From: Halanaerobiales bacterium
GTDB lineage: Bacteria > Bacillota > Halanaerobiia > Halanaerobiales > M55B127
Direction of reading: 5' to 3'
Assembly (NCBI GenBank): GCA_018399995.1
Contig: JAGYMU010000004.1
Span: forward strand, 1 to 60,995
DNA: 60,995 bases
Below are positions 48,000-56,928 of the stretch, one piece after another. Both the position numbers and the translations under genes were made by a program. Each line of letters starts with the position of its first letter. Positions within the stretch are counted from its first letter, which is position 1. Below the pieces are notes generated by a model, which did not search any database, was not told the DNA's origin, and saw nothing but the letters and a program-made list of their open reading frames with translations.

Positions 48000-49010
48000 G
48001 TGCAAGAAAATGTAGGGATACTTTCGACCGGTGTTTATATACCGAACAATTATATGGATAGTAAAGAACTAGCTGAAAAAACTGACATACCAGAAGATGT
48101 AATCAGAGAAAAGTTTGGTATAAAGAAAAAACCCATTCCCGGTGAAAATGATCATACTTGTGCAATGGGAATCAAGGCTGCTAATACTGCGATAAGAAAA
48201 GCAGATATTGATCCTAATGACATCGATCTAGTTATCTGGGCAGGGGCAGAACATAAAGAATATCCAATGTGGACTGCTTCTATCAAATTACAGTATGAAA
48301 TTGGCGCTAAAAAAGCGTGGGCTTTTGACATAGCTCTCAGGTGTGGGACCATGATAATGGCGATGAAAGTTGCCAAAGATATGCTATTATCTAATGATAA
48401 TATGGATACAGTTTTAATTGGATCTGGTTATAGAAATGGTGATTTAATAGATTTTGATAATCCTAGAGTATCATTTATGTATAATCTGGGAGCAGGTGGA
48501 ACAGCCGTTATACTTAAAAAAGGTCTTAATAAAAACATAGTTCTGTCTGCAACTGCAGAAACTGATGGATCTCTCTCAGAAACTGTTGTAGTGCCAGCTG
48601 GAGGTACAAAAAAAGAGCTGACAGCTGAAGGTTTAAAAAACAATGAAAACCATTTAGATGTTATAGATAGTGAATATATGAAAGAAAGGCTTAATGAAGT
48701 TTCACTGGAAAATTTTGTAGGGGTTGTAAAGGATTCTGTTAAAAATAGTGGATATAAAATGAACGATGTAGACTATATTGCAATTCTTCATATGAAGTAT
48801 TCAGCTCACAAGTTTATGTTAGATCAACTGGGTTTAACAGAAGAACAAAGTATTTATCTAAATGAATATGGTCATATAGGTCAAAATGATCAGATAATAT
48901 CTTTAGAATTAGCTTTAAATAAAGGTAAAGTGAAGACGGGAGACCTCGTTGTTTTTGTTAGCGCGGGTATTGGTTATGCCTGGAATGCGCTTACCATTAA
49001 ATGGGGATAG
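48000..49010 (+). CDS. KAS III (FabH)-fold protein with non-canonical active site
   Basis: AFDIALRCG (catalytic Cys), ILHMK, YGHIGQND in place of GNT, AGIGYAW. Confidence 0.85.
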   Translation: MQENVGILSTGVYIPNNYMDSKELAEKTDIPEDVIREKFGIKKKPIPGENDHTCAMGIKAANTAIRKADIDPNDIDLVIWAGAEHKEYPMWTASIKLQYEIGAKKAWAFDIALRCGTMIMAMKVAKDMLLSNDNMDTVLIGSGYRNGDLIDFDNPRVSFMYNLGAGGTAVILKKGLNKNIVLSATAETDGSLSETVVVPAGGTKKELTAEGLKNNENHLDVIDSEYMKERLNEVSLENFVGVVKDSVKNSGYKMNDVDYIAILHMKYSAHKFMLDQLGLTEEQSIYLNEYGHIGQNDQIISLELALNKGKVKTGDLVVFVSAGIGYAWNALTIKWG

Positions 49011-49044
49011 TAAATTTGAAGAATTTAAAAATGGAGGTTTTATT

Positions 49045-49785
49045 ATGAGATTAAAGGATAAGGTTGCAATCATTACAGGTGCTGGAAGTGGTCTGGGAAG
49101 AGCAGGTGCTTTAAGATTTGCAGAAGAGGGTGCAAAAGTAGTTATTGCAGATTATGATAATAAAGCAGGCCAAGAGGTAGAAAAAGAGATTAAAGAGGCT
49201 GGAGGAGAAGCCTGTTTTGTAGAAGTTGATGTATCTAACTGGCAGCAGGTAGAGGATATGGTAGATAAAACAATTGAAAAATATGAAACAGTTGACATAT
49301 TAATTAATAATGCAGGTGTGACTCAGGATTCATTTTTAGTAAAAATGTCTCAAGAACAGTGGGATACAGTTATAGATATAAATCTAAAAGGTGTATTTAA
49401 TTGTACAAAAGCAGTGGCCTCTCTAATGATGGATAAAGGTGAGGGTAAAATTATTAATACCTCTTCTGTTGTAGGTGAGCAAGGTAATGTAGGACAAACT
49501 AATTATTCAGCTACAAAAGCAGGTGTTATTGGAATGACCAAGACCTGGGCAAAAGAGCTTGGTTCTAAAGGTATTAATGTTAATGCAGTAGCTCCAGGTT
49601 ATATAATGACAGAAATGGTCGCAAAAGTTCCTGATAAAATTTTAGAAAAACTCAAAAGCAAAGTACCATTTGGTAAGTTAGGAGAACCAGAAGATATCGC
49701 AAATGCTTATCTATATCTTGCTTCTTCTGAATCAGATTACTGTAATGGAACAATATTAGATGTCAATGGAGGCATTAGTTTATAA
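49045..49785 (+). CDS. FabG/PhaB-like short-chain dehydrogenase (3-oxoacyl-CoA reductase family)
   Basis: TGAGSGLG, ADYD, NNAG, GQTNYSATK, VAPGYI; start at ATG 49045 after GGAGG. Confidence 0.9.
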   Translation: MRLKDKVAIITGAGSGLGRAGALRFAEEGAKVVIADYDNKAGQEVEKEIKEAGGEACFVEVDVSNWQQVEDMVDKTIEKYETVDILINNAGVTQDSFLVKMSQEQWDTVIDINLKGVFNCTKAVASLMMDKGEGKIINTSSVVGEQGNVGQTNYSATKAGVIGMTKTWAKELGSKGINVNAVAPGYIMTEMVAKVPDKILEKLKSKVPFGKLGEPEDIANAYLYLASSESDYCNGTILDVNGGISL

Positions 49786-49812
49786 TATTGAATTCTGAAA
49801 GGAGGAGGATTA

Positions 49813-51105
49813 ATGGATTTCCAAGAACTATATAAACAGAAATTAATTACAATGCCAGAAGCAGTTTCAAAAGTAAAATCCAACCAAAAAGTATGTACAG
49901 CCATGGCTGCTTCAGAGCCGCAGGGTCTTTTAACTGAACTTGGCAAACACAAAAGTGATTTAGAAAATGTTAATGTAGTTTCCTGTTTAATGATGGGAAA
50001 TTACGAGTTCTTAAAACCCGAAATGAAAGGACATTTTCTAAATGAGACCTGGTTTTATGGTCCCGGTGATAGAGCCAATCACAAACATGGCAATGTGACA
50101 TATATTCCAAATAATCTACACGAAGCGGGCAAGATCAAAATAGAAAATGATAATATCAATATATTTTGGGGTACAGCCACCTCAATGGATAAAAATGGAT
50201 TTTTCTCACTTTCTTTAGGTTTAACATATGAAAAACAGATGGTTGAAAATATTGATGTAGTCATGTTAGAGATTAATGAAAATTTACCCTGGACCTTAGG
50301 TGATACGCAGGTTCATATCTCAGATGTGGATTTTGTGGTAGAAAATAATGCACCATTGATTGAGCTACCCTATATAGAGCCGGGTGAAGTAGAAGAACAG
50401 ATTGGCCAAAATGTTGCGAGTCTAATTGAGGACGGATCAACACTTCAGCTTGGTATTGGAGGAATTCCCAATGCTATTGCTCACCATCTTGATGATAAAA
50501 AGGACCTTGGTATCCATACCGAAATGTTTACAGATGGAATGGTTGATCTTTTTAGAAAAGGCATTATAACAAATAAGAAGAAGACGATTTGGAAGGGTAA
50601 AATGGTGGGTACATTTGCCCTTGGTACTCAAAAACTTTATGACTTTATTGATAAGAATTTAGCTGTAGAGTTCCAACAGGGTAAAGTCACTAATGATCCC
50701 TATATACTTGGTCAAAATAATAAGATGGTCAGTATAAATACTGCCTTACAGGTTGATGTTACCGGTCAGGTCTGTTCAGAAGCGATTGGCAATAAACATT
50801 ACAGTGGGACCGGTGGACAGGTCGATACACATCGAGGTGCCCAGAGATCACCCGGAGGTAAGGGGATTATTGCATTAAGGTCAACAGCTAAAGACGGAAA
50901 ATATTCAACAATATTAGCACAACTACCGATAGGTTCTAAAATAACACTTGGTAGAAATGATATAGACTATATAGTTACAGAATATGGAGTAGCCCATTTA
51001 AAAGGGAAAAGTATAAGAGATAGGGTGGATGAGTTAATTAGTATAGCCCACCCGGATTTTAGAGATGAAATAAGGAGAAAAGCTCAGGAGTTGAAGATCT
51101 GGTAA
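49813..51105 (+). CDS. 4-hydroxybutyrate/butyrate:acetyl-CoA CoA-transferase family (Cat2/AbfT-like)
   Basis: ASEP, LQLGIGGIP, HTEMF (catalytic Glu), SGTGGQVD, VTEYG. Confidence 0.9.
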   Translation: MDFQELYKQKLITMPEAVSKVKSNQKVCTAMAASEPQGLLTELGKHKSDLENVNVVSCLMMGNYEFLKPEMKGHFLNETWFYGPGDRANHKHGNVTYIPNNLHEAGKIKIENDNINIFWGTATSMDKNGFFSLSLGLTYEKQMVENIDVVMLEINENLPWTLGDTQVHISDVDFVVENNAPLIELPYIEPGEVEEQIGQNVASLIEDGSTLQLGIGGIPNAIAHHLDDKKDLGIHTEMFTDGMVDLFRKGIITNKKKTIWKGKMVGTFALGTQKLYDFIDKNLAVEFQQGKVTNDPYILGQNNKMVSINTALQVDVTGQVCSEAIGNKHYSGTGGQVDTHRGAQRSPGGKGIIALRSTAKDGKYSTILAQLPIGSKITLGRNDIDYIVTEYGVAHLKGKSIRDRVDELISIAHPDFRDEIRRKAQELKIW

Positions 51106-51212
51106 TGATTATTTTGAAAGGATGTGATATAGAATATTAATTAATTACATTTTAGTAAAATAATTTTTGAAGAGTGAAAATTGTAATAATAAAAATTAAG
51201 GGGGATAAAAAA

Positions 51213-52454
51213 TTGAAGAGAAATAGTATTTTAATTTTTTCATTGGTTGTTATCTTAGCCTTTGCTTTTAGTTTGAGTTCATATGCCCAAGATGATCCAA
51301 TTAAAATTGGTGCTGTTAATCCGTTAGGAGATATTACAGGTGATCAATCTACGAAAGCAATGGAGTTAGCTGTTAAAGAAATTAATGACAATGGTGGGTT
51401 ACTGGGTAGACCGGTTGAACTTATTGTAGTAGATAGTGAATTTAAACCTGAAAAAGGTGCTGCAGCAATTGATAAACTTGCTACAGTAGATGAGGTAGAC
51501 TTTTTTGTTGGTGGTATGTCAAGTGGTGTTCACCAGGCTCAAATACCTAGTTTGAAAAAATATAAAAAAATTACTATATGGGCAGGAGCAGCTTCCTATC
51601 TTGCAGAAGAGGCAATAGGGCCAGATGCAGATTGGTATTTTCACTTACACCCCTGGGATTATCAACAGGGAGAAAGTTATGGAATAGGTTGGTCAGATAT
51701 AGCTGAAGCAAGAGAAGAAGTAGAAATTGGCAAGGTATTTTTAGCTTATGAAGAAGGCGGTTTTGGAACAGCTTCTTTTGAATCATATGAAGTTTTAGCT
51801 GATCAAGCTGATGAAGGTGAAGGACCTTATGCTGACATATTATCAGATTTCGAAGGTGGTTCCTTTAAAAGTGCAGCACTAGGTGGAGGCGAATACCGTG
51901 CTCTATTACGTAGGGCTAAAGAATTTGATCCAGATCTATTTATCTGGGCAGGATATGCTGCAGATGCAATACCATTGTTAGCACAATCCAGAGAAGTCGG
52001 TTTTGAACCACCATTATATGTAGGAGCTCCTCCAGGATGGCCTGCTGATTTTGAAGCTAATCCTTTATCAGATAAGGTAGTTCTATATGGTATGTGGGCA
52101 CCTGCATTAAAAGAAGTAAGTGAAGTTGCTGAACATTTCTGGGATGGATATATCAAAATGCATCAGGAAAGACCCGCAACTTACTTTGCCCCATTAGGTT
52201 ATACTAATATTATGTATCTGGCAAAAGCCATTGAAAATGCTGGTACATTAGAAAAAGAAGCCTTAATTGAGTCTTTAGAAAATACAGAATATGACTCACC
52301 ACTGGGGACTACTCTTAAAATTGCACCGAGTAATGTTATCAAACATCAAGGTTTTACAAGACAAAAGATATTACAGTATCAGGATGGTCAACAACATGTA
52401 ATCTGGCCATTTGAAGTATCAACAGCTGAACTAGAATATCCCTTTTCCTGGTAA
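51213..52454 (+). CDS. LIV/HAAT-family ABC substrate-binding protein
   Basis: Signal peptide, IKIG, INDNGGLLGRPVEL, QYQDG...IWP; start at TTG 51213. Confidence 0.88.
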   Translation: MKRNSILIFSLVVILAFAFSLSSYAQDDPIKIGAVNPLGDITGDQSTKAMELAVKEINDNGGLLGRPVELIVVDSEFKPEKGAAAIDKLATVDEVDFFVGGMSSGVHQAQIPSLKKYKKITIWAGAASYLAEEAIGPDADWYFHLHPWDYQQGESYGIGWSDIAEAREEVEIGKVFLAYEEGGFGTASFESYEVLADQADEGEGPYADILSDFEGGSFKSAALGGGEYRALLRRAKEFDPDLFIWAGYAADAIPLLAQSREVGFEPPLYVGAPPGWPADFEANPLSDKVVLYGMWAPALKEVSEVAEHFWDGYIKMHQERPATYFAPLGYTNIMYLAKAIENAGTLEKEALIESLENTEYDSPLGTTLKIAPSNVIKHQGFTRQKILQYQDGQQHVIWPFEVSTAELEYPFSW

Positions 52455-52464
52455 ATAGACTAAA

Positions 52465-52499
52465 AACAGCCGGGTTATAATATACCCGGCTGTTATTTT
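52465..52499 (+). terminator. Stem-loop after the substrate-binding gene (partial terminator or mRNA stabiliser)
   Basis: AACAGCCGGGT...ACCCGGCTGTT. Confidence 0.7.
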
Positions 52500-52530
52500 A
52501 AAAAAAATATTAAATGGATGGAGGGGAAAA

Positions 52531-53454
52531 ATGTCATTTTCTCTTAATAAATCATATAAGGTATTATTATTATTAGTAATATTTATAGTAATTATTGGCT
52601 TTTGGAATCCTAATGCATTACTCGATGGACTCCAGAGAGGCAGCTTATATTCATTAATAGCACTGCCTTTAGCTTTAGTTTTGGGAATATTAGGGGTTTT
52701 AAATCTTGCACATGGAGAATTCTTGACAGTGGGTTTATACTTTATATTTATGCTAAATAACAGATTTAATTTAGATCCCCTGGTTGCTATTATCCCGACC
52801 GTTATATTTTTACTTATATTAGGAGCTATTATTTATTGGTTGACGATAAAAAGAGTTGTAAAAGAGGGACATTTAAGTCAACTTCTATTAACCTTTGGTA
52901 TATCCTTAATTTTAATTGAAACGATAAATATATTTTGGACTTCAATGGCAAGAAATACTTATACGAGTTATTCATATGCATCAATGGAAGTTGGTGGATT
53001 TAGGTTTGGTACTTATGAACTTCTATATATATTAATTGCAGTTTTAGTTTTGGTAGGTTTACAATTATTTTTGAAAAAAACTCGTTTAGGTCAGGCTACT
53101 TTTGCAGTGGGTCAAAATCCTAAGGGGGCTAAAATAGTAGGTATTAATGTAAATTATGTTTATTTATTTGTTTTTAGTGTTGCTGTAGCAATACTGGGTA
53201 TTGTAGCAGGAGCAATGCTGCCCAGAACAGCGATATTTCCTGAAGTAGGCTCTCCCTTCACACTTAAGTCATTTGCTCTGGCTGCTATGGCAGGTATGGG
53301 TAATTTAAATGGTATATTATTTGCAGGAGTAACTCTTGGAATAGGAGAAGCTGTAATTAATTCAATACCTAATTATGGCGGTTGGTCTGATATCGTATTT
53401 TTTGGAGTACTGATTATAGTCATTATATCACGATCATATCGGGGGGCTAGATAA
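52531..53454 (+). CDS. livH: LivH-like ABC permease
   Basis: VLNLAHGEF, KTRLG, GINV. Confidence 0.85.
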   Translation: MSFSLNKSYKVLLLLVIFIVIIGFWNPNALLDGLQRGSLYSLIALPLALVLGILGVLNLAHGEFLTVGLYFIFMLNNRFNLDPLVAIIPTVIFLLILGAIIYWLTIKRVVKEGHLSQLLLTFGISLILIETINIFWTSMARNTYTSYSYASMEVGGFRFGTYELLYILIAVLVLVGLQLFLKKTRLGQATFAVGQNPKGAKIVGINVNYVYLFVFSVAVAILGIVAGAMLPRTAIFPEVGSPFTLKSFALAAMAGMGNLNGILFAGVTLGIGEAVINSIPNYGGWSDIVFFGVLIIVIISRSYRGAR

Positions 53455-54407
53455 TGAGAAAAAACTTAATTATATTATTATTATTAATAATTGCACTTAC
53501 TCTGCCCTTATATACAGGTGTTTATATTTTGCATATCTTCAGTTCAATATTAATATTTTTAGCATTGAGTTTAAGCTGGGATATGATGTTAAGAACAGGT
53601 CAACTTTCCTTTGGAACTGCAGGATTTTTTGGTTTGGGAGCATATGCTTCTGTTTTGATCGTTGTTAAAATGGGTTTTAATCCGATTTTAAGCCTGTTAA
53701 TAGGAGCGATATTTTCGGGCCTCATAGCTTTTATTTTAGGGTTCATAGTTTTAAGATTAAGAGAAATATACTTTGCAATTACCACCCTGGCTTTAACCCA
53801 TGTATTTTCTGTAATTATCAGGAATTTTTCTGATTTTACGGGTGGAGCAAGTGGAACAATATTAGCTAATGCAATTTTCGAAGGAGATCCAGTTAAGATA
53901 TATTATCTGATTCTTATAGTTGCAGTTTTAGTTATAATAATTTCTGAAGTCTTTAAAAGAAGTAGGATCCACTATGCTATAAATGCAATTCGTAATGATG
54001 AAATTACGGCTAAGTCCAGTGGTATAAACGTATTTAAATACTTATTATTTGTATTTGTAGTTACTTCAGCCATACAGGGTTTGGTGGGAGCTGTTTATGC
54101 TCATCAATATGCTTTTGTTAATCCTGAAAGCACATTTTCACTTAACTTCTTATTGCTTCCCATTGCCATGGCTTTAGTAGGAGGAATATACAGTACAAAC
54201 GGTCCAATTATTGGAGCATTACTTTTAGGTTTAATTTCAGAGTACTTAAAATTAATTATGCCCTATGGTCACTTGATAGTATATGGATTAATTATTGTTT
54301 TTGTTGTCCTATTTCTCCCTAGAGGGATTTATAGTACAATCCATAATAAGTTGTTAAAGAGTAATATCATTGGGGGGGATAAAAATGCCAATACTGCAAG
54401 CAAATAA
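53454..54407 (+). CDS. livM: LivM-like ABC permease
   Basis: TGQLSFG, LRLREIYFAITTLA, AIRNDE, GPIIGA, LPRGI. Confidence 0.85.
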   Translation: MRKNLIILLLLIIALTLPLYTGVYILHIFSSILIFLALSLSWDMMLRTGQLSFGTAGFFGLGAYASVLIVVKMGFNPILSLLIGAIFSGLIAFILGFIVLRLREIYFAITTLALTHVFSVIIRNFSDFTGGASGTILANAIFEGDPVKIYYLILIVAVLVIIISEVFKRSRIHYAINAIRNDEITAKSSGINVFKYLLFVFVVTSAIQGLVGAVYAHQYAFVNPESTFSLNFLLLPIAMALVGGIYSTNGPIIGALLLGLISEYLKLIMPYGHLIVYGLIIVFVVLFLPRGIYSTIHNKLLKSNIIGGDKNANTASK

Positions 54408-55101
54408 TATATTAAGGAAATTCGGTGGTTTAGTTGCTGTAAATGATTTAAGTTTTAGCATGGAAAAAGGTGAGATACTGGGCATTATTGGCCCCAATGG
54501 TGCTGGAAAAACTACAGTGATAAACTTAATGGCGGGCACCTTAGGAGTTAATAAAGGAACAATAGAATTTAAAGATGAGGATATTACTAAAAATGCTGCC
54601 TATATTAGAAACAGGAAAGGTATTGCAAGAACTTTTCAAATTGTAAGACCGCTTGAGAACTTTACTGCAATTGAAAATATTATGGTGGGGGCTCTTTTTG
54701 GTAAAGGTGATAAATTAAATGAAGCCCGCTCATCTGCCCAAAATATATGTAATTTGTTAAATATTAAAAATGTAAATAAGCATGTTGATGAATTAACTGT
54801 TTTAGAGCTGAAAAAAGTTGAATTAGGTAGAGCGCTGGCCGCAGATCCAGAAGTTCTCTTTTTAGATGAAATAATGGCTGGCTTAACCAGTGATGAAACC
54901 TGGGAGTTAATTGATATAGTAAAATCTTTACAAAAAAAAGATATAGCTATAAGTGTAGTAGAGCATATTATGAAAGTAGTTAAAGAATTAACAGATAGAG
55001 TTATAGTATTGAACAAAGGACAAATAATAGCTCAAGGACCTTATGAGGAAGTATCCGAAAACAAAGAAGTAATAGCAGCTTACCTGGGGGAGGAAGAGTA
55101 A
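54385..55101 (+). CDS. livG: LivG-like ABC ATPase
   Basis: FGGLVAV, GPNGAGKTT, GIARTFQ, LDE, VEH, AYLG. Confidence 0.88.
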   Translation: MPILQANNILRKFGGLVAVNDLSFSMEKGEILGIIGPNGAGKTTVINLMAGTLGVNKGTIEFKDEDITKNAAYIRNRKGIARTFQIVRPLENFTAIENIMVGALFGKGDKLNEARSSAQNICNLLNIKNVNKHVDELTVLELKKVELGRALAADPEVLFLDEIMAGLTSDETWELIDIVKSLQKKDIAISVVEHIMKVVKELTDRVIVLNKGQIIAQGPYEEVSENKEVIAAYLGEEE

Positions 55102-55102
55102 T

Positions 55103-55810
55103 ATGCTTGAGATCAACAATTTAAATGTCTCATATGGTAAAATTCAGGTGATTTGGGACTTATCTATGGAAATAAAAGAAAATGAAGCAGTCGGTATTTT
55201 TGGTCCCAATGGGGCCGGCAAAAGTACTTTGATAAATGCAATTATTGGTCTGGTAAAAAACAAAGAAGGTAGTATTAAGTTTAATGAAGAGAAAATAATT
55301 GGCTTAGAAACTCATCAGATAATAAAAAAAGGAATAGCTTTAGTACCCCAAAAAAGAGAACTTTTTCCCATTATGACTGTCAAAGAAAATCTTAAATTAG
55401 GCGCAGCATATATTCCGGAAGCACGTGGTGAAATAAAGCAAAATCTAGAGTTTGTCTATAATATTTTTCCTATTCTTAAAGAAAGAGAGAAGCAACTTGC
55501 TGGTACTATGAGCGGAGGTCAGCAAAGGATGTTAGCAGTGGGTAGAGCTTTAATGTCAAGCCCGAAACTACTCATACTTGATGAACCTTCTGTAGGATTA
55601 CAACCCTCATTGGTGACAGACCTGTTCAAAAAATTGAATGAAATAAAAAAAGAGGATGTTTCGATATTATTAGCTGAACAAAACGTAAAACAGGGATTAA
55701 AGGTTATCGATAGGGGTTATGTATTAGAAAATGGCAAAATAGAGTTAGAAGATGATGCAGAGAACTTGACAAAAAATGAACATATACAAAAATCTTATTT
55801 GGGCATCTAA
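55103..55810 (+). CDS. livF: LivF-like ABC ATPase
   Basis: GPNGAGKST, AGTMSGGQQRML, LDEPSVGL, EQN, YLG. Confidence 0.88.
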   Translation: MLEINNLNVSYGKIQVIWDLSMEIKENEAVGIFGPNGAGKSTLINAIIGLVKNKEGSIKFNEEKIIGLETHQIIKKGIALVPQKRELFPIMTVKENLKLGAAYIPEARGEIKQNLEFVYNIFPILKEREKQLAGTMSGGQQRMLAVGRALMSSPKLLILDEPSVGLQPSLVTDLFKKLNEIKKEDVSILLAEQNVKQGLKVIDRGYVLENGKIELEDDAENLTKNEHIQKSYLGI

Positions 55811-55827
55811 TTTTATTAAAGAAAGGA

Positions 55828-56829
55828 GTGTTCTATTTGGGTGTTAAATTATTAGCAACCGGTTCTTATGCTCCGGATAATACTTATAGTATTGAAGATA
55901 TGAGTGAAATTGTGGGAGAAGATATAAGTGATTTTATGGAGCCATTGGGTATTAAACAGAGGAATATGACTGAATCAGAGATGAGTTCTGCTGATTTAGC
56001 TGTCCAGGCCGGGAAAAGGGCACTAGAGAAATCCGGTCTTTCAGCTAAAGATCTAGATCTATTGATATTATCTACAGATACTCCGGATATCATATCTCCC
56101 CAGAGCTCAGCCATTGTAGCAAATGATTTGGGAATGAGGGACGGTGCTACTTTTTTTGATTTAAATGGTTCTTGTACTGGATTTGTTTTTGCAACAGAGA
56201 CCGCTAAAAATTGGATAGAAGGTAATTCGGATTATGAAACTGTGATGGTGATTTCTACTTATAATATGACTAAATATGCAGATATGAAGAGAGGTAAATT
56301 TTTCTGTGTGTTTTCAGATGGAGCCGGAGCAGCCATTTATAAAAAAGACGAAGAAAAAAAGGGTGTATTATCTTCACACTTTATAGGGAATGGAGATCAG
56401 TGGATGACACTGGGGATTTATGTAGGAGGAACACGTTTTCCCGCTACAGAAAAGAGGATTCAAGGCAACGGTGAGGTTCAACCTAATTTGACTTTTTGGA
56501 AAGGTGAATTGATGAACCGTAATCCAGAACTGTGGCCTGTTATCATAGAGAAAATGCTTGATAAAAGTGATTATCAATTAGAAGATATTGACAAATTTAT
56601 TTTTACACAGATCAATAAATCAGCTATTGCATTAACCTGCGAAAATTTAGGTATAGAGATGGAAAAGACACATAATGTTATGGACAAATACGGTTATACA
56701 GGTAATGCATGTATTATTATGGCATTGAATGATGCCTTAGAAAAAAAAGAGGTAAAAGAAGGGGATTTAGTTTGTCTTACAGCTTCTGGAGTGGGCTATA
56801 CAATGGCGACAATATTAATTAGAATATAA
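55828..56829 (+). CDS. Second KAS III (FabH)-fold protein with non-canonical active site (start may be TTG 55837)
   Basis: TGSYAP, FDLNGSCTGF (Cys), FSDGAGA, FTQIN in place of HQAN, YGYTG in place of GNT. Confidence 0.85.
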   Translation: MFYLGVKLLATGSYAPDNTYSIEDMSEIVGEDISDFMEPLGIKQRNMTESEMSSADLAVQAGKRALEKSGLSAKDLDLLILSTDTPDIISPQSSAIVANDLGMRDGATFFDLNGSCTGFVFATETAKNWIEGNSDYETVMVISTYNMTKYADMKRGKFFCVFSDGAGAAIYKKDEEKKGVLSSHFIGNGDQWMTLGIYVGGTRFPATEKRIQGNGEVQPNLTFWKGELMNRNPELWPVIIEKMLDKSDYQLEDIDKFIFTQINKSAIALTCENLGIEMEKTHNVMDKYGYTGNACIIMALNDALEKKEVKEGDLVCLTASGVGYTMATILIRI

Positions 56830-56854
56830 GGTATAAAAATATCTATAAGCATTA

Positions 56855-56880
56855 CAAAAGGCCCTTTTAAGGGCCTTTTG
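56855..56880. terminator. Bidirectional terminator
   Basis: CAAAAGGCCCTT-TT-AAGGGCCTTTTG. Confidence 0.85.
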
Positions 56881-56928
56881 TCAATTGTAATCTATTGAAT
56901 AATATCAAAATATTAATATTATCTATTT

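Noticed and set aside
48000-49785. Ordinary fabH-fabG fatty-acid synthesis operon
   Set aside because: No acpP, fabD, fabF or fabZ; altered KAS III catalytic motifs; linked to an importer and a CoA-transferase.
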